A stretch of DNA of 63,887 bases, filler included, from Hyphochytrium catenoides (lineage: Eukaryota > Protista > Hyphochytriomycota), in the NCBI GenBank assembly GCA_900088475.1. It is 8 parts of 8 records of this genome, joined end to end, with 100 filler letters (N's around TTAATTAATTAA, not from the genome) between each part and the next. Parts side by side here need not be neighbours in the genome. Positions count along the whole stretch, not along the records: positions 40,071 to 57,841 come from FLMG01000357.1; positions 57,942 to 59,039 come from FLMG01004211.1; positions 59,140 to 62,678 come from FLMG01000649.1; positions 62,779 to 63,887 come from FLMG01001503.1; 4 more parts are not named here. One strand, given 5' to 3'. The position numbers and the translations under genes are program-made. The notes below the pieces were generated by a model that was given only the letters and a program-made list of their open reading frames with translations, had not been told where the DNA came from and did no database searches. Of this stretch, positions 52,701 through 63,887 are shown piece by piece (within the stretch, counting starts at the first letter, position 1; every line of letters starts with the position of its first letter).

Positions 52701-55700
52701 CCAACTATCCTGTCAGGCGTAGGCCTGCCGGTCCCTTGGCCGACATGGCCAAAGCTCCAGAGCTAACTGATGTATCACGTAGTTGCACGGAGTATGCAGT
52801 GATGAAGCTTGCCAGTAGGCTGCAATCAGTGAAAAAGAGTTTCTTCAGGAGGCTGTTTGTTATCCAACAGAAGGAAAAGGGGCAGGAACCTATTTTAGAA
52901 GTGGAGGACACCACAGTGGGGACTGTCTTCAGTTGCACGCCTATCGCGGTTTCGGGTCAATGCAGTTGTACCTGTAGTGAGTTCGTCACGACCTGGTTGC
53001 CATGCAAGCACTTATTCTATATCTACCTACTCGACCGGGAGGCCGGTGCAAAGGAGAGCAAGCTGGACGCAGTGCCGTCCTCGGCAATACACCAACTGTA
53101 CCACAGAGAATATCAACTACAAGGCATCCGTCCCCAATACGTTTGCAGGGACACGAATATCTTCGCTGACGTTAGTGCTCCCATCGTTACGCTGCACCCG
53201 GAGCCCCAGTGCCGTTCTTCGCGAGCTCTGGATAGGACTGGGAAGTTCAATGCCGTCCAGAAGCTAGGCTCCAGCATAGCGGATATCCTCTCGATGCTGA
53301 GCCATGACAATTTTGACCGTTGTTTCAACGCACTGCGGCTTTTCAAGGAGTGTCTAGACCATGGAAGTATTCCAGAAATCAGAGAAGACTCCAACGGAGG
53401 AAAGCCACATCTGGTGTTCGGCGATAAACAGAATAATAGTTCAAGGCCAGAAGAAGTCGAGCGACACAAAACCGAGTCAGAAATTCTATCTGACCAAAAG
53501 GCCACTGGAGGCAAAGGAGCTGCGAGAGCAGAGACGTCAGAGCTGAAGACTCTTTCCCTCAGACCGACGCCAAAACCGGTAGGCAGGCCAAAGAAGAGCT
53601 GCACCGCCAAGAAAGTGAAGGCTAAGGGTGATCGTCTTGAAGTAAGACGACTCGCAGTAAGGACCGGGTTATTGCACAATGTCCCTACCGATATCTTGAG
53701 AGTCAGTCAAGAAATTCGGTCTCGTACATTGGGTTATCTGACGGGCTTTAGTAGCTGGCCCACGGTCATCGACGACTCCAGCCTTCTCGATCTAGAAAAA
53801 CTCTTATGTGATGACCCTCCATCCAGGCCCAAAGACGTCACCTTTACCATAGGCGGACAGAAAACTCTGAAAAGCTTGCAGACGATACTCCGAGCCAATC
53901 CAGGAAAGACTATCAGAGTGGTATCTCCTCAAGGCAAGGAGGATTGTCCCGGGATCTGCCTGGACTTATCCTCAGCAAGATAATGGTTGAGATTGGCAAG
54001 GCCTCTGACCTCCTACAAGCCTATACGGATCTGGAGAAACAGCTCCTCAACCAGGAACTCTGGCCTCCTCTGCTTAAACGAGTGTCCAAGACAGAGAGGC
54101 ATATGCTACCTTGGCTAACGTTTCAGAAGAAGGGGTTGCAGGAAATGGTGGATCGATGCCGAGAAGTACTCTTGGGCAGGAAGGATATCATCAACAAGGA
54201 GCTGAGTGCTGGAATATATGCTTGCTTGCATGGACACGGTCTCACGCTGAGAGAATACCTCACGTTGCGTCCAGGAGAGGAGATCGATATAGGGATCTTG
54301 GATATCACGACTCACTGCTGCCGCCATGAGAATCGCGACGGTAGGTCTCAGCATGCTATCACTCCAACCATAATAATGCAAGACCTTATCTTTGTCACCT
54401 TCGGCAGTTTATGGCGCCAAGGATGACATGGGACCCCGCCAAATCAGACGAGGATAATATTTCTTTCATACAGCGCCGCGCCTTATATCCAGCCTTCATC
54501 TCACATTCACAGGTAAACATCCTCCCAAACATCTATATCACTGAAGCTCATAGATCCTCTTTCAATCCCTCCCATCTATAATGTACAGCAGATGGACACC
54601 ACGACTCTCCCTGAGCATCTCCTCCTCCCGGTGTTCATTGGAGACACAATTCTCATCCTGTCTATAAACAGTGTTAAGGAACCTCCAGATCAGGGCCCTA
54701 AAGTCTCGATTGCCCGCGTCTCCAACGACAGCTATGATATCGACTCAATGATGGAGGTAACCCTACCATGACCCTTTAAGCACCATCCCACACTAACCAC
54801 TGTCACCTTCCTGCCGCCACAGATCCTTAACCTCATTCTTCACACATTAAAGAAAGGGGAATGCTTATTTCCTGCTGTACTTAAGAGACTCCATTCGCTT
54901 CGGGCGAATGACATCTCTATGGTGCACATCTTTCCCGGCACAAGGCCAGGTGACTATGGAGTTGCAGTGTGGGTTGCCATGAGAACTCTAGCCAGGAGTT
55001 TGGCAATTGATGACAAGTCTTCCGCTATCTTCAAGGAGCCGTTATCCAGGGATCTCGTTTCCATTGCTCGCCTTGAGATGCTGGACATTGGACTGGCAGC
55101 GACCAGGAGCCCCTCATCTGCTGCTTTTGCATACGGACTAGTGCAAGAAAGTGAGGATAACAACGTGCATAGTTGGATGCTAAGGTTTCTCAGCAGCAGT
55201 ATGCGCCAGCTTGATGGTTTGATGAAGTCTTTTCCTAAGCCCCTGAGCCTCCGTAGCAAGGATTTGAGCACCGCTGCAAAGGCAGACCCTCCTGTATCAT
55301 CTAGCCAGCTTCCTCCTGTCTCGTTCCTCCTGAGCTCAGATGCAGTTAGGGGACTGCTAGATATAGAATGGTGGAAAAATGACCCTGGGGCATGGATAAA
55401 CCTCAAGTCCCAGAAGCTAGTTCTTTCAAGGGCAGACCTTTTGACTATGCAGTCCGTTCATGGCTGTATAGAACTTCACACGAGGGGTAAGCTTGCCAGG
55501 GATCGACTAATCACAGCGAGCATGAATACAATTGCTGAAAAGGATGAAGTGGAGAATCTCGGCATCGCTCTCCTGGGAGATCAGTGGACAGGTGGCGTAC
55601 ACTCCTTCCTGGAGGGTCTGATAGCGGCTAATGCGGGAATAGCCTTCCACCGAGCCCATGAACTATCCGGTTCTCAGTCCACTCATAGCTCGTCAGACCT

Positions 55701-56842
55701 GATCGTGATTGGTCAAGAACTTATGGACCTTCTGCCGGTGGAGTCTTTCCTGTCTCTAACACCTGGAGCGTGGGTTGATGATGCGGCGTTACATGCAGTT
55801 CTTCGCTGTCTGCCATGGCTCGGTCAGCAATTTGGTAAGAGAGTGATGATGTACCCTTCATGTCTTCAATGCGCTGACCCGAATATGGTAAGCTAACACA
55901 CTTCTTTCTAGGTACCCGAGGAGAGGGACTAGTTCATGTTATTTGTAGAGCTGACATGATGACGACACTTGTCTCGCACCAAAAGGACAGGAAGAAAAGC
56001 TGTAGGGGCAAGACGACTATGAATGACCTGCATCATCACGACGAAGTTGCCACTGGTGTGGCCAAAGAGATAGTTATTCTGCTGGTAAGTATCAGATGGT
56101 CTAGAGGCTTCACCGATGATGAGACATCATATTCTCGCATATCATGTTACGTATAGGAACAGCGAAGGAAGTCTACCTCTTACTGCAGCAGCAGCGGAGA
56201 CGGCGCAGTAGCGGTAGTCAATTCAATGAGGGTCTATTTGCCATTACTGATTGAGGGCAACCATTGGACACTCGTTACAATGACGTATCACGGGAAGGAA
56301 AAGGACATTACTGCGACTTTTTATGACTCTCTTCAACGGCCTGGACAACCATCAGAAGAGAAGGTATGAATGTCGCTCAATCCCTGAAACCACGTCGTTT
56401 GTCACATCTGCTTCTTTTTTCCCCTCAGATTATTAGGTCAGCTTTGCAAGGCTTGCACAGCCACATTGCATACCTACTGTCGGAAGAGGAAGAAAGTATA
56501 CACAGCGACATTGCAAGACTCCTGCCGGAAGGGAATCGGGGCGTACAATTGCAGAAGGGCTATATTCCGCAGCAGAGTGACAATTGGTCATGTGGGCATA
56601 GGGTCCTCCTATGTATGCTAGGGCAGGTTCTGCGAGTCAAAGAGTATGATATTCTTCTTCACGCCTGCGGTGGTCCGTCTGTGAGACGTAATAGTAGCTT
56701 GACGGGTATGTCCTCGTCTGCCACGTCAAGCTGTGTTAAGTCCATCACGGGTCTAGTCCCATACATTAATATGGGTGTGATCGCCAAATATGGTCGAATG
56801 GCCGTCAATGCCAATCACGAAGCTCTACCTAAGTTCACTTAA
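49735..56842 (+). pseudogene. MULE transposase (N-terminal Zn-finger, DDE, SWIM) continuing into Ulp1/C48 protease domains; ~17 short introns; apparent frameshifts near 52515, ~53950 and ~54305
   Basis: YESWEEAQRALDAY...GCPFLIKL...EH; LIMDATH; IIIDKDFTE; LLCQFHVKQ; TTNRIES; CSCTC...LPCKH; Ulp1 triad GNHW / FYDSL / QQSDNWSCG. Confidence 0.85.
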
Positions 56843-58139
56843 TGAATTTATATATGGGCTGCACTCAGCACCACTAACTCTCTTGCCTATGAACTTATCT
56901 AGAGCGGCATGTTCTGCATAATCGGACATGGGACCATCTCTTGGTTATGCATAATAAGATGATTGAGAGGCAATGTCATGATGGTGGTGCATGATAGGGC
57001 ATCCAGAGGAGCTCATCATGTAAGAGGAACAAATTCCTCTCTTCTTGCTTGTCGAGGGCGCTAGTTATGATACTAGGGTAGACAGGACGACCTCAACTCC
57101 TAGTTCTACTCTCTCCCTCTTCTCGCCCTTCTTCTCTCTCCTTCTGTCTCTCTTTCCTTTTCTGTCTTCTCTCTCTTTCGTTCCCTTCCCCCACTCTCAC
57201 TCCATTCTAGCCCTCTGCTGCTCTCTCTCTCACTTTCTTTATCTTCTAATTTCCTCGCTACTACTCCCTTAAGTCTCCTTCCTAGGCGTGGAGATCGTGC
57301 CAATGTCTCCTGCAAAAGCATATAATAACTCCGTCACTAAGACGCTCTAAGAAAGAGAAGAACCTTGCCTTTATTGGTCCAGCAGGAGATGGGAGATGAT
57401 GCAGCATGGCTCGAAGAAGATTATGACGATGACCATCATCTCAGGTCATCGCCACGCTTCCATCTTTCTTCCCAAAGTTTGGGTGATCAAAGCGATGGAG
57501 ATCCTGCACCCAAAGGCCATCTCTGGATCTCTGGGTGTAGAAAGACCTCTCACCATCCTGCTCCCAAAGAAGCTTTGGGAGCAGGATGCCGCTTTGGAAT
57601 GTACACCCGAAGTGTTTGGGCGCAGGATAGCGGATGGGATTGTACACCCAAAGAATCTGCTCCAGGAGAAGGTCTGAGAGCAAAAGTTTGGGTGTAGGAT
57701 TCACCGTCTCTTATAAAAAGTGGAAAGAACCTTATTATTACTATTATTACTCCTGCCATGCTTGGATAGGCTGTTTCGTTTTGTCTTTTGTGATGGCCTA
57801 TATATATGAGCGGAGAGAAACGTCGCCCCTCCCGCGTGTCGNNNNNNNNNNNNNNNNNNNNNNNNNNNNNNNNNNNNNNNNNNNNTTAATTAATTAANNN
57901 NNNNNNNNNNNNNNNNNNNNNNNNNNNNNNNNNNNNNNNNNGTGCCCGCTGCCCTGCAGCCTAAGAAAGGTAGCTTCCAGTGCTCTCTAGTTTGCTTGCT
58001 ACGCTGCTGGGCACTAGCTTCCCTTGAGCCTCAACCTTCACTTCTCAACTTTCCTGGCTGGACGCACTAGCTCTAACATCCAGACAGTCAATCGCCGTGC
58101 CTCCCTTCGAAGCCGTCACTCTCCACACCCACAGGAGGG

Positions 58140-58757
58140 ATGAAGGTCATTCAACTGCTCGTTGCCCTCAGCGCAGCGCTCGTCGCGACGAGCTCTGCAG
58201 CTAATCTTCGGCGCGCACAGGCGGCGGACCAGATGGCCATGGGCACTCAGGCAACGCTGAGCACCGTTCCAGAGGGCGCTATGGCGATGGATGGCGGTAT
58301 GGCAGATGACATGGATCGGGATATGATGGAAGAAGGGAACATGGCGCCTATGCTAGCTGGAAGCATGGCAGCCAACGCTGGCGCGGGAACCGCGACAATG
58401 AACGGAAACATCCCTGTGCTCGACCCAAACTTTGGCATGGAGAGTGGGATGATGAACAATAACAACGGGATGATGATGAACAATAACAATGGGATGATGA
58501 TGGAGAATAACAATGGAATGACTGCTGGGAACATGCCGATGCTGAACCCAAGCCTAGGAGGCAACGATGAGATGATGATGCCGAATAATAATGGGATGAT
58601 GATGCCCGGAGTAGATGCCCAACAAGTGATGGCGCTGGCAGATAACTTGGCAGCATGGCCAGAGTGGATGCAATCTTGGTGGGAGATGATGGACGGGCAG
58701 CAAGCCCCTGCGATGTTAGCGGAGGACGCGATGGACGAAGAGCAGGCGATGAACTAA
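58140..58757 (+). CDS. Secreted Met/Asn/Gly-rich low-complexity protein (205 aa), single exon
   Basis: Signal peptide MKVIQLLVALSAALVATSSA followed by NLRR; NNNGMMM repeats; clean ATG-to-stop ORF. Confidence 0.8.
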   Translation: MKVIQLLVALSAALVATSSAANLRRAQAADQMAMGTQATLSTVPEGAMAMDGGMADDMDRDMMEEGNMAPMLAGSMAANAGAGTATMNGNIPVLDPNFGMESGMMNNNNGMMMNNNNGMMMENNNGMTAGNMPMLNPSLGGNDEMMMPNNNGMMMPGVDAQQVMALADNLAAWPEWMQSWWEMMDGQQAPAMLAEDAMDEEQAMN

Positions 58758-59139
58758 GCCGGACCTTCGTTTCCTCTCTCTTAGCTGCGTCTCTTCACAT
58801 TGACAGTATCCGGGTGCACGCTGTCCAGAAGGTTGCTCTTGTGACAGCGGACACGTGAAGCACCAAGACCGCTTCTCCCCTCTGACCATCCTCCAGATAG
58901 TTTCCTCTAGCCTTCTCCCCCGTTCGAAAAGTCCAGAACTCTATGTGATTTCCCTTCTGTTCTGGCTTGCTAGTCCGTCTCTTCTTCTTCCTCTAACCTA
59001 TAACACCTATAATAAAGCAGACAGAAAGGACATTCTATCNNNNNNNNNNNNNNNNNNNNNNNNNNNNNNNNNNNNNNNNNNNNTTAATTAATTAANNNNN
59101 NNNNNNNNNNNNNNNNNNNNNNNNNNNNNNNNNNNNNNN

Positions 59140-59832
59140 GTAAACGTCCTGAGAGTGCTTTCGAACAGCAGCATATGCTTGCTCAGTGAAGTCCAATAAC
59201 ACCGGAATAGGAACCTCAAACGGTTCGTTGAGGATACCAATGCCATACAGATTACTCTTCTTAGAATATCTTGCCGCCAATTGACCGACAACGGAGACCG
59301 TCTGGTCTCTATACTCGGTGGTGTTGGGCCATAAGTAGTGGTTCACTCGTCCGGAGTGGTCCCAAGGGTTCTGACTGCCTGGGGCAGTGTGGAGGTCAAC
59401 AAGAATCCACATGTTATACTTGTCCGCCCATTCGAAGGCCTTGTCCAGGTAAGGCAAGGACTCTGAGATGAAAGGAGGGTCCTTCATGATTGCCCAATGT
59501 CCAATGGGCACTCTCACGACATTGATACCCAGCTTCGACATTACCTGAAAGTCCGCCTCAGTAATGAAGGTGGAATAGTGCTTCTTCATGTAAGCCGGGC
59601 CTCTTTGCGGTCCCAGGGCTTTAGCTAAGGAGTATTCATCATGCTTCTCAAGCTTTTCAGGCGCATTGGCCCACATGGAGGGCGTGATGAAGTACTCTAG
59701 CACCAGCCATCCTCCAGCATTGACTCCGCGGACCTTGGTTGGGCGTTCACCCTTAGTACCGTATGCCGTGAAGGGCAGCAAGAGTGCGACGGCCAGGAGA
59801 CAGAGCAAACCCAAGGATAGAAAAGGTCGCAT
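59140..59832 (-). CDS. GH5 exo-1,3-beta-glucanase, N-terminal half (truncated at contig end)
   Basis: Signal peptide; VRGVNAGGWLVLE, VRVPIGHW, DLHTAPGSQN, and ILNEP (acid/base Glu). Confidence 0.93.
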
Positions 59833-60378
59833 GCTGAGATAAAGTCCTGAAGGCGGCTTGTTTATAGCCAATCACTGCTTTCCTGCGGGCAGAAGAGCAC
59901 AAGCTGATAGTTGCGCACAAAGATGAGAGAAGATACGATCACGCTTAGGAATTGGGAGAAGGTATGGAGGTCATGTCTTTGAACGGCTTTTAGAGATGCT
60001 AGTAGAACCGGGAATCAGGCAGGACTCTTTATATGAGCGGAGTAGCGGAACGGTAGCCGCATAAACGAACGATACTCTGGAAGCTGTCAAGTGATATCTG
60101 TAACATCTCGTGACATACACCGATCTCATGGAGGCAGCTCAAGAAACTCTATGGCTACTAAGAACCCAGAAAGATGGTTGAGGTCTCCTGAACAACCTGA
60201 TCGAACTGGTTCCTAGGGTGTCACGCGCCGCTTTGTTCTCAGGCTTTTGCTCCCAAGTTCTTCGAAGCAGCTCGTTGTACAGTAACAGAATATAGAAGGG
60301 CCTCCAGGAGAAGAGAGGTGGCTTGAAGTACTAAAGAGACGGAGTGGAATACTTGTACCAGGGCCGTTCTCTCTCACG

Positions 60379-60423
<45 letters not shown>

Positions 60424-61864
60424 GCTCTCTCTCATCGCTCTCTCTCTCCTCTTGTGAAGAGGCATTATTATCAGGACCAAAACACCCTTGAATTGATGCC
60501 TGAAGAGATAAAGGCAAGAGACAGACAGAGCGGAAGAGAAAGAAAGAGCCAGAGGGTGGAATAGAAGGGTCACTGGACCCAAAACAGAAACTTTGCACGG
60601 CGTGTGTGTGAGTGATGCCTGTACACAGGGTACTACGTCGTACAGGTGTGCTCATCCATACACCCCTCCGAGTGCAGGGGAATACATACATAGAGTGTAT
60701 ACAGAGTGTACAGCGGAGCCACCTGCACTACACAATAACGTACAAGTACGAAACAACTTTAGAAAATTATAATGCTTGAAGGCCTTATTATTAGGTTGCT
60801 CATCAAAGGGCCTTTATTATGCTGAAGAGACATCTCAACTCTTCGGTCTTTGCTCCATCATGATCACTGATGAGTTGCTACATTGTACAGACCGCAATAG
60901 AACTACTGCAGGAGCTACCAGCTAATAAGGCCAAACATCTTCCTCCTCTTTATGGTTGAAGGTTCTACAGTCGTCCATGTACCCAAGAGCTTCGGACAGG
61001 ATGAAGGGCGCAGTCAAGGTCAAAGCTCTGCTTTCAATCAATTTCAGTTTGTTGAGAGACCTCCGCTGGAGCTGCTGCTGATGTCCAGCGCAACACTCGA
61101 CCCTGGGTTAGGGCGACCTTCGATATATGCAGAGGAACAAGCAGTCCTATGCTGATTGCTTCCCCTCTTCAAACGTCTAATGCCATGATCATGGTGGGGC
61201 CACCGCCCGAGGATGCATTCGCTCAACACGTTCATGGTGCCTGGAAGAAGAAAGTAGCACAAATAGTGTTGGGTTCTGCGTGTGTGCCCCAAAGTAGCAG
61301 TGATACTTAGTGTTCCTCCACCTAACATCATCACCGAAAACGATAAGAAAGATAACGGGGAACTACAGTGGCGTTTCAAGAAGGCATCCTACACCAATGA
61401 TAACTGCCACCTCATGGATGACTACTGTGTGCACTATGTACTATTCTTGCCATCCCTATGCTACACTCCTCCTCCTCCTTCTTCTTGAAGGGCGTGCCTT
61501 TTATAGGAACATTCGGAGGGCTTTCATCTCTATCATCAGAGGAGTAGAGTATTGTTGTGCGGAAGTAACACCAGTCTTGGCAAGGTAACATGCGCTGCTT
61601 CATTTTGCTCTTCTGCTAGTCTACTTTGATATCATCAAAAAGTTCCCCATTGAAGCAGTCGTGGACATTGCAATAACCAGTTTCCTGGACAGGTTTCTCT
61701 GCTGCAGACTATGTCTGTTTGTGAGTGCTCACCTTCTCCGACAATGGACCCTAGTTAGTGCGTCTCAGGAACTGGTGAAGGGACAAGTCGTCGTCACATA
61801 ATAGAGTTTTCACCTCTTTTGAAAAATCCTTTAAAGCAATGTACAGTAAAAGCACTATCTACAG

Positions 61865-62677
61865 CTAGATACGGCTGGTGAGGAGGAGGAGGCCACAGAG
61901 GGCTGACCAGAGTAGTACTGACGTGGCCCCTACGGATACCCTAGACGAACTGGACTCCGCCGACTTCCCCTTCTTGGCACCGTTCGGGGTCGTGGGCGTT
62001 GCCGGTGCCGCGATAGTGGAGCCATCGGCTGCAACCACAACAGTACCAGGACATCCATCAGTACAGTCCCTTAGCTTTTTGCCAGTAACAACGCACTCAA
62101 GAACGGAAGACGGGGTTGTCTTCGAGCAAGTATCAACCACAGAGTCGTCCGTCGTATTCCGGCACTGGGGCACTCCCTTCCCAAAGACAGCCTCAAGGCC
62201 AGACGGGCAGAAGACACACAGCGTGGCATTTGATCCGCTGTACCTCTCTCCCTTATAATCCTTCGTGGGGCAAGTTCCCTTCGTCGTTATCAAGACATTT
62301 CCTCTACAACCCGTGAGCTTTGGCGCACAGGGATCTGACTGCACCTTGTCCGCAAGGAGATCCCCGGATTCAGGATCGCCGGCATTGATCCATCCCCGTG
62401 CTATAGCTTCGAGAAGAGACCATTGCGGGAGCTTCTCATTCTGTTTTTCTTCCAACTTATAGTTCCAGAAGAAATACCCTTGGCCTTTGGCATAGTATGC
62501 GTCTCTTTGAGCCTCCCAATACGTTTGATAGTCCGCGTCAGAGAATAAAGTATTATAATTGGCGTACGGCGAGTTGCCGTCTGTCATGGCCAAAGAGAAT
62601 TCACCCACAACAACAGGCATCTCCTCTTGGAACGCTGCGAGTTTCACCCCATAATTGTTCTTAATGACCCCTCCACA
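61865..62677 (-). CDS. GH5 exo-1,3-beta-glucanase, C-terminal part with Cys-rich module and probable GPI signal (5' truncated)
   Basis: VVVGEFSLA (nucleophile Glu), GYFFWNYK, WSL; then 10 Cys, a T/P/S linker and a hydrophobic C-terminal tail. Confidence 0.88.
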   Translation of the reverse strand, partial: CGGVIKNNYGVKLAAFQEEMPVVVGEFSLAMTDGNSPYANYNTLFSDADYQTYWEAQRDAYYAKGQGYFFWNYKLEEKQNEKLPQWSLLEAIARGWINAGDPESGDLLADKVQSDPCAPKLTGCRGNVLITTKGTCPTKDYKGERYSGSNATLCVFCPSGLEAVFGKGVPQCRNTTDDSVVDTCSKTTPSSVLECVVTGKKLRDCTDGCPGTVVVAADGSTIAAPATPTTPNGAKKGKSAESSSSRVSVGATSVLLWSALCGLLLLTSRI

Positions 62678-63808
62678 TNNNNNNNNNNNNNNNNNNNNNN
62701 NNNNNNNNNNNNNNNNNNNNNNTTAATTAATTAANNNNNNNNNNNNNNNNNNNNNNNNNNNNNNNNNNNNNNNNNNNNAGAGAGAGAGAGAGAGAGACAC
62801 CTGTACCGCTTGGGGAGGAAGCTTGACATGATCCTCTCTTTCCTCCTCTTCTTCTTCTTTCCTCTCTCTTCCTTTGTCCAACACACTCTCTCTCTATCCT
62901 CGTTCGGCTCTGGCCTTCATCAGGTCCAACGGGACAAAACTGCGACTGGCTGGACGAGATCACTCTCCGAGCCTCTCTTGCATCCGACGCAACGGTTATT
63001 CCCTCTGATATTCTTCGTCTAAATGCTTCATCCTTCTCGGTAACGCTTGTGACCGAGGAAGTGTTTGTCAGTGGGCCGCTTTCCTCCCCGCCAATGACCA
63101 TGATGCTCAGTGCTCCGAGCCTCCTGGGTCTGGTAGGTTCTTTCACTGTCTCTTTCTCTCATGTCTCGAGCCTTCTCTCTCTCTTTCTCTCCCTTTTCTT
63201 TTTCTCCTTTTTCCTTCTCTTGAAGTCTTTGAGGTCTGAGCTTCTCTTCTTTGGTTTCTTTTCCTCTTCACGCTTGAGCACTGTATGCAGAAAGTATGAA
63301 AGCTGACAGAAGTGCCTCTCTCTCCTCTTTCTGTCTCTTTTTCTCTGTCTCTCTCTCGGTGTGTCCGTGCGTGTGCCTCTCTCTCTTTCTTTGTTTCTTC
63401 AACTATAACTTCCGATCAATGTTCTCCTTGCTTCCGCCCGTCTCCCCTTTCTCTTCCCCAGTGCAATGATCTAGACATGAGTGTCACGCAAGTGACGGGC
63501 ACTGGCGGGCGGAAGGTCTACTACGCGTGGACTGTCGACGATACTGAAGATGACAATGAGATCTCGGATGTCCTTCGACAAGCGAACGCTGACAAGGGTA
63601 GATAGCCGTTCTTCCCAGTGTTTGCGTGTGTGTCTCTCTCTCTTTCTCTCTCTCTCTCTTCTTATTTCTTTCTCTCTGTTCGTTTCTCTCTACATGTGTC
63701 TCTTCCTCGTCTCAACAGCCACTCTCCATATCTCTCCTCTGTGTCTATTCTTTGATCCTTCGCTGGGTTTCATAGAGGCAATGCCACTTCTCTCATTCTC
63801 AATCCTAA

Positions 63809-63877
<69 letters not shown>

Positions 63878-63887
63878 TTCTCTCTTT

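Larger units (their letters stand above)
48386..57710 (+). mobile_element. Mutator-like DNA transposon (MULE), 9.3 kb, with 26-bp TIRs and subterminal repeats
   Basis: Left TIR GAGATAGTGAATCCTGCACCCAAACT (48386-48411) vs right TIR rc GAGACGGTGAATCCTACACCCAAACT (57685-57710), 3 mismatches; encloses a MULE transposase gene. No 9-bp TSD visible. Confidence 0.88.
1..63887. repeat. Pervasive (CT)n/(GA)n microsatellites in introns and intergenic DNA; scarce at ~15.2-21 kb and absent at ~47.6-57 kb
   Basis: Directly visible, e.g. 4681-4745, 23400-23580, 31080-31620, 35740-35790; most assembly gaps abut them. Confidence 0.98.

Noticed and set aside
60950-61600. Possible Harbinger transposase relic between the GH5 halves
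   Set aside because: Similarity limited to a few residues; not supportable without a search.
62920-63600. Probable plus-strand exons (e.g. CNDLDMSVTQVTGTGGRKVYYAWTVDD...)
   Set aside because: Exon-like with CT-rich flanks, but too fragmentary to assign a frame or product.

Overview
Eukaryotic draft-assembly sequence. Gene content suggests a stramenopile/oomycete-like protist (inference). The window is a concatenation of 8 unlinked contigs joined by artificial N44-TTAATTAATTAA-N44 linkers, so gene neighbourhoods across linkers are meaningless. Host genes are intron-rich and saturated with (CT)n/(GA)n microsatellites, which generate most of the spurious ORFs in the track. Genes reconstructed by reading through GT-AG introns: 3' end of a trehalose-6-P synthase/phosphatase, myotubularin, GRASP55/65, a PH-domain protein with a CCDC53-like tail, cytochrome P450, VIP36/LMAN lectin, cathepsin D-like protease, C2H2 zinc-finger factor, an LPCAT-type acyltransferase fragment, an intron-containing CobT (vitamin B12 lower-ligand phosphoribosyltransferase), a probable mL53 first exon, Alba-RGG, a secreted beta/gamma-crystallin-like protein, a Met-rich secreted protein and two halves of GH5 exo-1,3-beta-glucanases. 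Mobile DNA: a 9.3-kb Mutator-like element with TIRs encoding an intron-rich transposase-SWIM-(pseudo-Ulp1)-Ulp1 gene, a Tourist/Harbinger-like MITE and a Copia RT relic. Best leads: the spliced eukaryotic cobT, the MULE with tandem dead+active SUMO-protease domains, and bipartite purine/pyrimidine-repeat introns with very weak donors that may be defined by RNA structure.
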